Shown in pieces: positions 23,868 to 36,305 of a stretch of 63,027 nt of DNA (positions are counted from its first letter, which is position 1; every line of letters starts with the position of its first letter). Both the position numbers and the translations under genes were made by a program. Location: positions 96,604,769 through 96,667,795 of the forward strand of contig NC_068988.1 in assembly GCF_001194135.2 (NCBI RefSeq), given 5' to 3'. The notes under the pieces are model-generated. The model saw only the letters and a list, made by a program, of their open reading frames with translations. It was not told the DNA's origin and made no database searches. Source of the stretch: Octopus bimaculoides. Taxonomy: Eukaryota.

Positions 23868-25882
23868 TGTATGTATGTATACAGAGTTTTAAGGAAATTC
23901 ACTTTTTTTCTCTCCAAAGAGTAAAAGAAAAGGAATGTACTTTACACCGACAGATTTATGGTAATCTCTTCTTTCGTTAAGAGGACGAACTGTAACTCAG
24001 GAATGTGTGTGTGCCTGCGAATGATTATCTTATCCAGTCCATCTATCTTCTATAAAGTCAGAAGAAAGTGGGGATAGTCATGATTGGGACGCTTTGATGA
24101 TAGATTTACTCAATCAGGATTGCATTAGAACTAAACAACAACGATTACCAACGATTGCCTCTACTAGGTATGAGACGTTCTGGCGCAATCGTTTTGGCGC
24201 CTCCCATTTAGCGGCGCTGATTTGACGCTGACTTAACGTCAGACACTTTAATGTTCCTCTCATCCATCTCTCTTTCTTTCTTTCTTTCTTTCTTTCTTTA
24301 TTTCTTTCTCTCTTTCTTTCTTTCTTTCTCTCTTTCTTTCTTTTTTCTTTCTTTCCGTCGTTTATTCAACGTCGTTTATGCAACGATGTTACAACGATTC
24401 CGTCGTTCATTCAGGATTATTGGAATCAACACCAACCATCCACCAACACCACTAGGCATACTATCACCATTCTACCTCCACTCNNNNNNNNNNNNNNNNN
24501 NNNNNNNNNNNNNNNNNNNNNNNNNNNNNNNNNNNNNNNNNNNNNNNNNNNNNNNNNNNNNNNNNNNNNNNNNNNNNNNNNNNNNNNNNNNNNNNNNNNN
24601 NNNNNNNNNNNNNNNNNNNNNNNNNNNNNNNNNNNNNNNNNNNNNNNNNNNNNNNNNNNNNNNNNNNNNNNNNNNNNNNNNNNNNNNNNNNNNNNNNNNN
24701 NNNNNNNNNNNNNNNNNNNNNNNNNNNNNNNNNNNNNNNNNNNNNNNNNNNNNNNNNNNNNNNNNNNNNNNNNNNNNNNNNNNNNNNNNNNNNNNNNNNN
24801 NNNNNNNNNNNNNNNNNNNNNNNNNNNNNNNNNNNNNNNNNNNNNNNNNNNNNNNNNNNNNNNNNNNNNNNNNNNNNNNNNNNNNNNNNNNNNNNNNNNN
24901 NNNNNNNNNNNNNNNNNNNNNNNNNNNNNNNNNNNNNNNNNNNNNNNNNNNNNNNNNNNNNNNNNNNNNNNNNNNNNNNNNNNNNNNNNNNNNNNNNNNN
25001 NNNNNNNNNNNNNNNNNNNNNNNNNNNNNNNNNNNNNNNNNNNNNNNNNNNNNNNNNNNNNNNNNNNNNNNNNNNNNNNNNNNNNNNNNNNNNNNNNNNN
25101 NNNNNNNNNNNNNNNNNNNNNNNNNNNNNNNNNNNNNNNNNNNNNNNNNNNNNNNNNNNNNNNNNNNNNNNNNNNNNNNNNNNNNNNNNNNNNNNNNNNN
25201 NNNNNNNNNNNNNNNNNNNNNNNNNNNNNNNNNNNNNNNNNNNNNNNNNNNNNNNNNNNNNNNNNNNNNNNNNNNNNNNNNNNNNNNNNNNNNNNNNNNN
25301 NNNNNNNNNNNNNNNNNNNNNNNNNNNNNNNNNNNNNNNNNNNNNNNNNNNNNNNNNNNNNNNNNNNNNNNNNNNNNNNNNNNNNNNNNNNNNNNNNNNN
25401 NNNNNNNNNNNNNNNNNNNAAAAAAAAAAAAAAGAAAAAAAAAAAGAAAAAAGAAAATCTCTGAAACAAGATTCTTTTATTTCTTTTCTCTTTCACTCTT
25501 TATTTCTCGCTCGCTTCTTCTTTCTGTCTCTCATTCCTTCTTTCACTCTCTCTACATCTCTATGTTTCCTCTCGTACCCTACCCCTTATTTTTAGGTAGA
25601 TACGCCCCTACCATGATGTATTCTTCCTTCTTGAAGTAGGTAAAACCGATTGAAATGTAATGTTCTTGAGGCTGCAGCCTAAAGATCACCGGATTACAAA
25701 ATCAGTGGAGCATCGGTTAAAATACCTGGAAGCAATTAGTAACGCGTCTCTACGTTCAAGTCCCACTGGCGTCGACTTTGCTTCTGTCCTTTTGGACAGC
25801 GATTCTGAAGTAGCGCGTCACTGGGGGAATATCAAGGTGCGTCACAGTTTTTTCAAAAATATAATTTAAACCTTAAAATACC

Positions 25883-26062
25883 TTTTATCTGTTACTTGTC
25901 GCAGTCTGCGGCCATACTGGGGCATCACCTAGAGGAATCATTAGTCGAATGAATCGACTCCATTACTTCTTTTGTTAAAGCCTGGCAGTTATTCTGTCGT
26001 GTCTTTGGCCGAACCGCTAAGTCACAGGAACGTAAACAAAACCAACGCCGGATGTCTGGCAA
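25883..26062 (-). mobile_element. SINE family C, 3' part
   Basis: ctgcggccatactggggcatcacc ... tctttggccgaaccgctaagtcacaggaacgtaaac. Confidence 0.75.
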
Positions 26063-26084
26063 CAGAGGTCTGCACCATGCCACA

Positions 26085-26400
26085 CAAGCAGGAGAACCCA
26101 GTCATGGTTGCCAGACAATTTCTGCGACCACATCACCCCTATCCCTGGCCACCTAACTCCCCAGACTGCAACTCTGTTGATTTTTGTGTGGGGCACAGTT
26201 TGTAATCCTATCGATTATTATGGTTGCGGTTGAGAAAGACACCAACTGCTCTGCCTGCAACATCATGGTCGATCTGGTGGCCAAGGTCAAGTAGGCATTC
26301 GAAGATCTTGCTAGGGACTCGGTGAGGAGCTGAGAAGCCGTCTTGGGGCCGTGGAGGGCGACTACTTTGTATAAATTGGTGTCTCGCAGCCATAATCTTG
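26085..26400 (+). mobile_element. Tc1/mariner (maT/DD37D-like) transposase C-terminal remnant
   Basis: HTSRRTQSWLPDNFCDHITP / WPPNSPDCNSVDF / VEKDTNCSACNIMVDLVAKVK*AFEDL; the WPPNSPD.N..D motif carries the third catalytic Asp region. Confidence 0.8.
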
Positions 26401-27417
26401 TCGATTTCTTTTTTCATTTTTGAAAATGCTTTATTTTAGGATGAGATAGTGTGTTTTCTTTTTCTTTTACGCAAACTGTCAAATTTATATATATAATATA
26501 CACACACACACGCGCGCACACACATACACACACACATATCCGTGTATGTGTGTGCATTGGGTATTGTAGATTCTATACAAATGGTGTTTAATGTGTGAAT
26601 AAAGTAATAAAAAAAGTATTAAAGAAAACTACAAAAGAATAATTTCCAAAAGACGGCGACGGAGTTGGCGTGATTGGTGTTGGTCGGGGTGGTTGGTCGT
26701 ATGTGGAATCCCCCTTGGATTTATGCTTGCAATGGCAAAACGAATATTCACTCTGGGACAATTCAATCGAATTTTCGTGTAGAATATATTTCTACTTAGT
26801 AACCTAATGAAGAACAATGTTGTCCCTTGAATCAGAACACACAGCATTCTGGTGGATTTCAGTCGAGGAAATTATAGCACTTGAAGCTTTTGAAGAAGAA
26901 ATAAATAGCATGACGCAATGACACCGGGTGGTGCGCTTAAAAGCAGTTTTTCGTGGCATCGAAGCGTATAACCACTTCTAACCGCAACGGTTTCACTTCA
27001 AACACTTTACTGAAAATTTAGAAGCAAGTAATACAAAGCCATTAGTTTAACGACAGCTCAAACTAGCAACTCTTAGTTTGAGCTGTTATTTAAGGATGAT
27101 TATCATATAATGATGTTGTGAAGTTGAACGATGATGATGTGCAGTGAAGGAAAGAAATATTTTATATAAATACAAGCTGTTTTATTTTAAAGAGAAATAA
27201 TATTCAGCTTAAGGTATTAACCAACCAACAGCTCCATTAGCAGACCGAAATCACTTATAGGGGTCATCAGAAGTTACCAGGGTACATTTTCCTCTTTATT
27301 GTTTAATGTACAGGATGCAAAAGAGTATTTGAGGACACTTAGTTACCAGTATATTCTTCTCTTCAAATCATTTCAAAGATTTTTATTTGTTTTTTTCAGA
27401 ATCTCCATGCCAGAAAA

Positions 27418-28180
27418 ATGCCAGCACAAGGAATGCCAAAACATGCAGTCATCGTTGCCATATGCGCAAAAGACAGTCATTTTGAAATTGCCAATTTTTT
27501 ATATCTTGCAAGATCTTTTCTAATTAAAGTTCGAATAGAAATGAAAGCCTTTGGTCGGATTGTTTCGATTATGTCAAAGAGAATAAAAACATTCAAAACG
27601 TTCGCACAAGAATACTGCAATTCAATGGATCCAAAAATGTATCGATGAGGAATCTGGAAATTCAATAAAAGCCATCGCCAAAGAACATTTAGATGCCGAG
27701 GTGGACAATCAGAACTGGGTTGCACGAGGGAATTCGATGCAAGACCGAGGAGAATCCAACTTCTGCAAAGACGCAGAGAAAACTGTTTGGTCCGTGTTAA
27801 TCAGTTACCTAACCCTAACCCTAACCCTAACCCTAACAAAGTTAGAAAAACTCGATGACCCTGGTATGCTTCAGTTCTTCTTGGATGAGAAGACAAACGC
27901 CTAACAGGAGAAATGACAGGTGCTATGCACAGGTCCTTCTGATATCCCCAGAGTGATACACACAATGTTCCAGCAGCTGTGGTTGTTTTAAGGGTTTTAA
28001 GGGTGGTGCGTAACGAACGCTATGTCACCCCACCTCACATCTTTTCATAGAGTCTTAGAGATTAATGCTGCTGGAAACAGTTTTTAAGCCCTGGATGGAT
28101 GATGTGAGCAGTGTAAGGCCATATATATTTCAACAAGACTCAACACCTTCTCACAAAACCCACGTAACCCAAATGTGGGT
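27418..28180 (+). mobile_element. Tc1/mariner (maT/DD37D-like) transposase pseudogene, N-terminal HTH to second catalytic Asp
   Basis: KHAVIVAICAKDSHFEIANFLYLARSFLIKVR, KHSKRS, CIDEESGNSIKAIAKE, PGMLQFFLDEK (first D), NRRNDR.LC, LETVFKPWMDDVSSVRPYIFQQDSTPSHK (second D); multiple frameshifts and stops. Confidence 0.9.
27808..27837. repeat. (CCCTAA)5 telomere-type repeat inside the transposase relic
   Basis: cctaaccctaaccctaaccctaaccctaac. Confidence 0.9.
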
Positions 28181-28580
28181 GTTACACGGATCAATACGCA
28201 CATATATGTACACACACATACATACATACATGCATACATACACGCATACATACGTACATATATATCATGAACTAACTGTTACTTTCTCAGATGCAGCACA
28301 GAATTTTGTCAGTGAACAGGTCGCGGTCTCAAAGCGACGAAAATATTTTGACACAAATTAAATTTAAATGTTGAAGTGAATCTAACGGTTTTTGTGTGTT
28401 ATTTTAAATGGCTTATAAACACCTTCCACGCTGCAATTTCTGTTTTTATTTTCATATTTTCAGATTAGCTTACATTCAGTCTTGAATTTTACACATGTTT
28501 AACGTATAAGCGCATCACGAGTTTTAATCGTTAGAATTTATGATATTGACGAAATCAGAGGAAGGGTAACGTGAACTGAG

Positions 28581-28600
28581 TAGGGGTTAGGGTTAGGGTT
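28581..28600. repeat. Short (TTAGGG)n-like tract
   Basis: taggggttagggttagggtt. Confidence 0.7.
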
Positions 28601-29221
28601 CAGGCTGCCTCCAGAATTGATTTCAGAATACCAGAAGGTAACTTGAAATAACTTGAAACCTTTAAACCAGGTGACCGAGTAAATTACACCACAAAAGAGG
28701 TAAACGACAACAACCTTTTAGAAAAGTGCAGTTTGTTAGTGTTATATGACGACGATATCATTGTTGTTTAGTCGTAATTGAATAGATTAATGATGAAAGG
28801 TGTTTCATCTATCGCCCTCCAAACTCCTTTTTAGAAATATTGTTTTATGTATTTTCTTTGCGAGACTCCGTTTGTTTGAGACAGGAGGGTGTAATTTAGA
28901 AAAGATCTGGTTTCTTATTTTAGTCGGTCGAGCGACCGAATCGAGTGAGCCCTCACCAGCACGTCACAACACAATATTGTTATTAACAGTGTATTTAAAT
29001 TGGATTACAATCGTGTGAAATTTAGAAACGTTTTAGATTTCAGTTGGCGAACAAATGAATATATTAATATTTACAATGATATCATTTATTATCCCTCGAG
29101 AGGAACACACAGACAAAAGTGTATATGTGTCTATGTATGTATATNNNNNNNNNNNNNNNNNNNNNNNNNNNNNNNNNNNNNNNNNNNNNNNNNNNNNNNN
29201 NNNNNNNNNNNNNNNNNNNNN

Positions 29222-29253
<32 letters not shown>

Positions 29254-31737
29254 CGAGTGTGTGTGTGTATAAATATGTACATACATATACATACAGATAA
29301 ATATACATTTCATGTGTAAATATCTATATAGTAAATTTATGCCTGTATATGAATATGTGTGTGTGTGTAACCTTATGCGTGTGGGTGTGTGGGCGTGTGT
29401 TCATGTGTATATATGTGCATATATGTGTATGTATGTAGAACATATATACATTGTAACATACATCATACATGTATGCATGCATACACATCCCAAAGACGAC
29501 GACGACGATGACGACGAAGATGATAATTAAATTCAGTCATTTCCTCGTGCGATCATGTTGATCTAAAATGGCTGCCTATGAAATCGACTCTCTATTGAAT
29601 ACCCATTTGGATTGAAAAATAATAAGTCTTTGGGATTTAATTCTTAAGGAACGCTAATTTATTATTATTTTTTTTTGTCTTGTTAAGTGTGTCGGGTTGA
29701 TGGCTGTGATCAATGTACATAGGAAATACAAGTCAGATATTGTTATTTATATTTCATTAAAATAATGTCAATGTATATGTAATCAACCATATTACATGAG
29801 GTTAAGTATAAGGGTAGGAGACTTTTGCCACTTGAATGGTGGTCATACAGGTTTCTTCATATTCTATTACGACGTACGTAACATGAGACTTGTTAATTTA
29901 TTAGTTCCGATTTAAATATTTGTTTTTTATTGTTGTCTTATACCGACTTTGGCTTTCTTTATTTTAAAGTCAGCTAATCTTTTTTTTATTTTTTCAATTA
30001 TTTTCCTCTCTCTATGTTGCAACGGAAAATAAATTTATATGAAAAGGAAGTGTGGACAATTAATTTACACAAATAATTTACCTCAGGGAAGAGATTCACA
30101 CAGAGAAACATACGCTTAAAGACTAATATAGGAATCATATTGTATTCTCTCTCCTTTACCTCTTTGAGTTTCGCCTGAACGAACACGCAACAAGACCAGT
30201 TAAGTGGATAATTAAAAAGGGTTTTTAAAAATGATTTTAAAACCACTTTCTGGTTAAATATAAAAGTACCTTAGATCTCCTACGTGGTTTCTACACCATT
30301 ATTTGTCCCTTTATAAACGAATTTAAAAATGATTTAACGGCATATCAATTACAGACAAATGTTCGCTCGGTTTTCGGTTCGTGCTTACATTATTATATGT
30401 AACTGGTTTATTGCTCAACTACTTTCGTTTTTCATTTTCTCTCTTACCTATCCTTATCAGGTATAGAAAGTATAAAGCCTAAATGTCGTTAGTGTTCTGC
30501 AACACAAACCAACTCCTTCATAGCTACACTGATCTTGTAGCTATGAACATCTTGTCTTCGTTTTTGTTATAGAATTGACTTCGTATATTTGTTCGTTATT
30601 TTAAATCAGTTGCGAACAATTTAAAAGAGTTATTAATATTGACGTATCAAGAAAGTACACTTAAGAGCTAGTTTTAGCCGCCAAACTGTCAAGCGAATCT
30701 CGCACCCCTGAAAAACTACTGAAGCAATGCAATCCCACCATTTACACATTTCCTGTCTTTAGTGTGACAACAGAAATTCACGAGAATACTGAACAACTCA
30801 TTGCGCTCACAAGAAACGCTTTCATATTAGGGTGGTCCGATTGATCCTCAGGACCAACAGAAAAAAGGGGGTGGGTGAGAGTACTGGGGGTGCTGGATTA
30901 ACGGGCTGCACCTGTAAATCAACCATACAAGTAATTTCAAATTCGTTTGTATTTTGTGTGTCCCTCTTTCACACAAAGGGCGAAAACACTTACCTGTCCT
31001 CGAATCTTATCTTTAAGTTTTAATCTTTTTCAGATTAAAACCGTTGCTAAGTGTAATCTACCACCCGGTTTAGTACCCTTATCGGAGCCTTCGATGTCGT
31101 TACAGGAGAACATTCACTTACAAGCGTTCAGGTCAATTCGCCGACTCGTAGCTCATCACATATGATCTTAGCTATCTACCAACTTAGAGGAATCGTATCG
31201 GTGTTCTTTGCTAAGAACCTGCAGTTGTAGGAACATATGGCTTTTTATCCGACTGCTTGGCTATCTTCGGGCAAATGAGATTCTTTGCGGTCACAAGATT
31301 CGTATGCGAAAGAAAGAAGCTTGTGAAGTTCGAACTTGTATCTTCGCATTTACACCTTGGTATGATGCCCAACATTCTGAAGGCAGTCAATGGGATTTCA
31401 CTCTCCATATTAGCAGCTCTTTAACAACTTGAATTTTATATTGTCAGATCACTTCACCTGTCTGCCTGTCACAAGCAAATACCTGTCCTGACATGATAGT
31501 TGCGATGTCCCCGCCGTTCCCTTCAAACCAGAATCACTGCCCCCCTCCCAACTGCTCCTTACTCCAGTGGTTCTCATACTAGAAAAGACCAAACTCCCCC
31601 ACCCTTCTTAAAAGGTGAAATTTTTCTGCCTTTTTCATTGTTTATGAGAAGAAAAAAGAACTTTTATATCAACATAATTCTTTCTTTGGCATAATATTGG
31701 ACAAGATTTAACGGATCTGCAATGTATTAAGCATGAC

Positions 31738-31900
31738 ACAGCCATGGCTGTGTGGTTAAGGAGCTCGCTTTACAATCACGTGGTTTCGGGTTCAGTCGCA
31801 CTGCGCGGCATCTTGGGCAGGTATCTGCTACTATAATCCCAGCCAATCAATGCTTTGTGAGTGAATTTGGGAGACAGAAACTATGTGGAAAGCCATCTTA

Positions 31901-31938
<38 letters not shown>

Positions 31939-32135
31939 ATGTGAGCCTATATTTGTGTTTGACCCTCGCCATCGCCTGACAACCGGTGTTGGTTTGTTCA
32001 CAACACCGTATCTCAACGGCTCAGCAAAAGAGTCCGATAGACTAGTATCAGACTTTAAAATATCGAATTGCTTGGCTTCAAAGCAGAGCCCTTGCAACCC
32101 TGCAGTCCAGTGACTGGAACAAGTAAAAAATAAAA
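31738..32135 (+). mobile_element. SINE family C, full-length, with internal (TATC)n
   Basis: gccatggctgtgtggttaagg (A box), gggttcagtcgc (B box-like), catcttgggcagg (CORE-like), 3' end cagtgactggaacaagtaaaaaataaaa. Confidence 0.85.
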
Positions 32136-32731
32136 AAAGGCAATTTGACCGCTTTCTTACTGTCTCCTATGAAAAGCCCTGTCTTACTTTAGCCCCGAAC
32201 AGTACTCCACTCCTCAAAGCCAACTCTTGCACTCACCAAATTGTTCGATCTTTCATTTTCCTCAGCGACACATATCTGCGCGCATTGATATGAAATGATA
32301 TGTGTACTATTTCATTTTCATTTCATGCAGAGGCACAAGGACTGAGGCTTATGGGACGGATGTAGGAATTAAATCACTGAACGTCTGTTCTTTGAATGTA
32401 AATAGTGCGTAGTGATGTTGAAATCTGGGGATAAACAATACAAAAGCTTGGCGTAATTTGATCGTACCACAGGCACAGAATGCTGTCAAACCGAGGCGAC
32501 TGAGTGAAGAAAAATATTATTATACCAACTTAGTCTGGTGTGCAAGTGCAAATGTGGACGTGTGTATGTATGGCTCCATGTCTGGATGTGTAGATGTGTG
32601 TGTGTTTTCTCTTTCGGAGAGTCTGGCGCATGTATGAAGTAGCTTAAAACAATTGTGCCATGCACACACATATACACACACACAAACGCACAGTATATGT
32701 GTACACATATATATATATATATATGTGTGTA

Positions 32732-32765
<34 letters not shown>

Positions 32766-33149
32766 GATAGATAGATAGATAGATATACTTATGCGTGTGN
32801 NNNNNNNNNGTGCGTGTGACTTCATATATAACGTATAAGTATATATATGATTGTGTGTGGTGGGTGTATAGTGTATAGTGAATATATGGATATGTTCTGA
32901 TATTCTTTCCCAAGTTTCTTCATTCGACTACAGCCATGCTGGGTGGCGGCTTTCAGAAATGCTTAATCGATCACAGCCACTCCACCCCAATTCTTCATTC
33001 ATCAGTTTTATATTTTATCGATTTGTCGTCATTTTAACCAAATAGCCATGTTTGTTTTAAGTCGCGGTACACACACACACGCACACAATCTTTATCACGC
33101 ACTTACGACCGTCATCGAGGTCGTCGTAGTCGCTATGTTCGTTGCCGTA

Positions 33150-33239
33150 GTCGTCGTCGTCGTCGTCGTCGTCGTCGTCCTCCTCCTCCTCCTCCTCCTC
33201 CTCATCATCATCATCATCATCAGCACCACCACCACAACC

Positions 33240-33273
<34 letters not shown>

Positions 33274-33288
33274 TCATCATCGTCATCG

Positions 33289-33345
<57 letters not shown>
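33150..33345. repeat. Compound trinucleotide microsatellite (GTC)(CTC)(ATC)(ACC)(ATC)
   Basis: Explains the poly-V/L/I/T, poly-D/G/E and poly-M ORFs at 33048-33563. Confidence 0.95.
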
Positions 33346-33504
33346 CTTTTCCGTGAGCGTGCCACTTCTGACGCTCTGGTGTCAGCAATGACTACTGGTC
33401 CATCCGAAAGATGCGGAAGGGCTGATGTTCCCAAATTAGGAATGTCTTTAACTGCTTTTTCCTCGCTCGGTTTTAACGGGTTTTTGAACACCAAACACCG
33501 CTCA

Positions 33505-33629
33505 GAACATACTGACCATCCTAAGGCTGTAATAGAAGGTAGTTGCCCGATATGCTGTGCCAAGGGTACGAACCAAGAACCACGTGCTTTTCAAGGCACT
33601 GACCTCCTTAACTACACAGCCATGCCTGG
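33505..33629 (-). mobile_element. SINE family C, 5' head
   Basis: Reverse complement: ccaggcatggctgtgtagttaaggaggtcagtgccttgaaaagcacgtggttcttggttcg. Confidence 0.7.
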
Positions 33630-33654
33630 ACTTATATATCATAAAGTGCAACAA

Positions 33655-34300
33655 TGAATTCATTGCCTGAATACAAGAGTTGTAAGTTTTCCATTAGCTA
33701 ACCATCGATGCTTCTCTTTGCCACAACTTGTAATGATACACTCAGATCTGCCGGTCAATTGACCTCTGCAATACGTTTTCCTGTCTCATAAAATAATCTC
33801 ATGTCTGCCCTACAGGCACCGGATTGATGTTTCTATTGGAATGGTCCACCAATATTCATTACTTCTCTTGTGGGCTTTTGTGTTTCCACCGGGACAATCA
33901 TTTCTTAGGATAATATTGCAAAAAGGTTTAGTAAGAATACCTTACAACATTCTTGAACAGTTGCTGCTGTTGAGGCGGGTGATATCTTCCACACTTGTAT
34001 GTTGACATTTTGTATCCCATTGTGGAGATCTTCAGGTATCCTTATGTAGTTTGAATAAAAGAAGAGCCTCCTTCTAGCCAGAATGCGTATCTATGACAGG
34101 CTCGGGTGAGGCTACTCTTCTTTGCAGTGGTGTTGGTACCGTATACCTTGCGGGATATGAACCGATGCTAACTTGTTGCTGATCTGCTGATAATGTCTAC
34201 CCACAATTTCCCTCTGAAGCAGGTCAGGGCTGGTATTCTTGCTTGGACCCTACTGAACAGCTGTACACTGAGAATACCCAGTCACGAGTTCTTGACTCAG
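33655..34300 (-). mobile_element. Penelope-like element remnant (RT C-terminus plus GIY-YIG)
   Basis: Minus-strand frameshifted translation YSQ..PDLLQREI..GSYPAR..ALLLFK..PFCNII..MNIGGPFQ*..GACRA..LFYETGKRIAE..ADLSVS follows the PLE order PYSQ..GYP..FTC..C..C..LYIGETGRRL. Confidence 0.6.
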
Positions 34301-34408
34301 AATATTACGAGAAAAATGATACGATATGAAGCGGTCGGGAGGCTGCGGGTTATGTTACAGAATGTAGAACAATAGTATAAGTCGTGTATGCGTGCTTGTA
34401 CGTTTGAG

Positions 34409-34476
<68 letters not shown>

Positions 34477-34771
34477 TGTGTGTGAGACTATGCGTACGCG
34501 TCCATGACATTAGCTTGTGGAGTCGCACGTTCTTGTCTACTCGAATCTGCTAGAAATGTGCACTTGCATGAATGCAGTTAACTGCATGTGTTCCTGTGTG
34601 AGAAGCCGTGCGGATGTAGTTGTTCCCATCAATTCGTGTGTGAGTGTGTGAGCGAGTGTCTATATGTCTTTGTAAGCCTATCAGTATGCCTGCGTCCTTG
34701 CGTGTCTTTCGGTATATCTATGTATGCGTCTGTCTGCATGTCTATACGTCTGTGCAGCTATGTATGCGCGT

Positions 34772-34828
<57 letters not shown>

Positions 34829-35040
34829 GATGGATGTGTGCATTTATATGTAAGAGTACATACGTCTTTGTATATATGAATATCTGTATGCGCATCTGTA
34901 TGCGCCTGTCTCACAACTCCAATTCTTTACTCCGCATCAGTACATCTGAGTATGTTTCTATCCATGAATATGTTTAGCCGTCTCATTATGTCTTTGCTTT
35001 TTGTTTTTATTATTTTTGTAACTGTTCCACTTTGTAAGTA

Positions 35041-35110
35041 CGGTGATCCTTCGACTATCGCGGGTGTTACGTTCCGAAACCCCACCCGCGATAAATGAAA
35101 ATCCGCGAAT
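35041..35110 (+). mobile_element. Tigger/pogo-like DNA transposon terminus
   Basis: TA|cggtgatccttcgactatcgcgggtgttacgttccgaaaccccacccgcgataaatgaaaatccgcga; TA at the left edge and an internal 11-bp inverted repeat tatcgcgggtg/cacccgcgata. Confidence 0.55.
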
Positions 35111-35684
35111 ATACATATTATTATCATCATCAACATTATTGTGATTATTGCTGTTGTTATCATTATTATTAATTATAACAACACCAAGAACGTCGCAACC
35201 CAGAGTACTTCGTGCAGCTTTTAATATATGAACAGAATATTTCTTATGCTTCAGGCAGTAAACAAAAAAATAGTGTGTCGGAGAATTAGCCAGTACACAT
35301 GAATATATCATATCTGTAAATCTATCTTTCAATTTTACGTCTGCTTTCGAAAACAAACTGAAAAGTCTCCACAGTTTGAATGCTGACAAACAAGAACGAA
35401 TTATATGTTTTATTTTTATTATTATGTTTTTCCTAAAAAAATTTGTTTTGAAAAGAAAGAAACAGTCAAAAATAAATTAAAAATTAGAAATGAAAGAAAA
35501 AAAACGAATGTTTTGCCTTGAAACGGAAAGACAGAGTAAATCTTGTGATTTCATTAAGTTTAAGTCGTTGTTCAACTAATTTAATTTCTTTTTACAACTC
35601 TATACAGTTATGGCAATAATATGAACTGCACAAAAACTACGTATAAAGCATGAATGTTTCCTTAAAATGTAATTATACTTGAAC

Positions 35685-35722
35685 TGTACCGAAGAAACCG
35701 GTGAGGCTGAAACTTGTATACA
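35685..35722 (+). ncRNA. Degenerate minimal type I hammerhead-like motif (core CCGAAGA)
   Basis: tgta CCGAAGA aacc-ggtga-ggct GAAAC tt GTA taca: 4-bp stem I, stem II with one mismatch, U4C change. Confidence 0.4.
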
Positions 35723-35765
35723 AATGCAAAAATAGGTTGAGGAAATTTCCTTATTTCCTCATATT

Positions 35766-35985
35766 GGCTCCAAATTTTGGAACAACGCCAGTAATTTGGG
35801 GGAAGGAGAATTAATCGATCACACCGCCCCGGTGCTGTACTGGTATTTATTTTATTGACCTTGAAACGATAAAAGGAAAAGTCGACTCCGGAAGAATTTG
35901 AACTCAGAACGTCAAAACCAAAGGAAATGCTACTAATTATTTTTGGTCGACGGGTGAACGATTCTCTACCCGTTCGCCATCTTTC
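35766..35985 (-). mobile_element. SINE-like family A, degraded
   Basis: ctggtatttattttattgaccttgaaacgataaaaggaaaagtcgactccggaagaatttgaactcagaacgt. Confidence 0.75.
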
Positions 35986-36305
35986 CTTCTTTGATAAAAC
36001 TCAGCAAATGATGCGAATGTTCATAGAATTAAGGAAAAGAAACCAACGTCACCCACCTCACCTCTATCTTTCAGTCTCATTCTATTCTACTCTCCTGTGG
36101 TTATTTCTTGGAATACACTTTGTTGGTGTAGTTCTCATCCTTGGACCAACGGATTCATAGCACTCGACAAATGCAGTACTGGTGGCCCATGAGCTGAGTT
36201 CAAAATCACAAAGGGCCATAATGTAGCATTTATGGTCTCATATCAGTGTTCAGTCAAACACGTCTTTGGATTGAGTATGAAACTGGCAAAACGAAAGTTG
36301 TCAAA

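Noticed and set aside
30073-30180. Possible minus-strand 93-nt phase 0-0 exon (AKLKEVKEREYNMIPILVFKRMFLCVNLFPE)
   Set aside because: AG/GT bounds of this quality occur by chance often; peptide unrecognised.
31030-31500. Non-repetitive, moderately GC-rich stretch with short ORFs on both strands
   Set aside because: All frames contain stops and no transposon or gene motif could be assigned.
33048-33563. Poly-Asp/Glu, poly-Met and hydrophobic poly-Ile ORFs
   Set aside because: Translations of the compound trinucleotide microsatellite; the same applies to 47994-48197.
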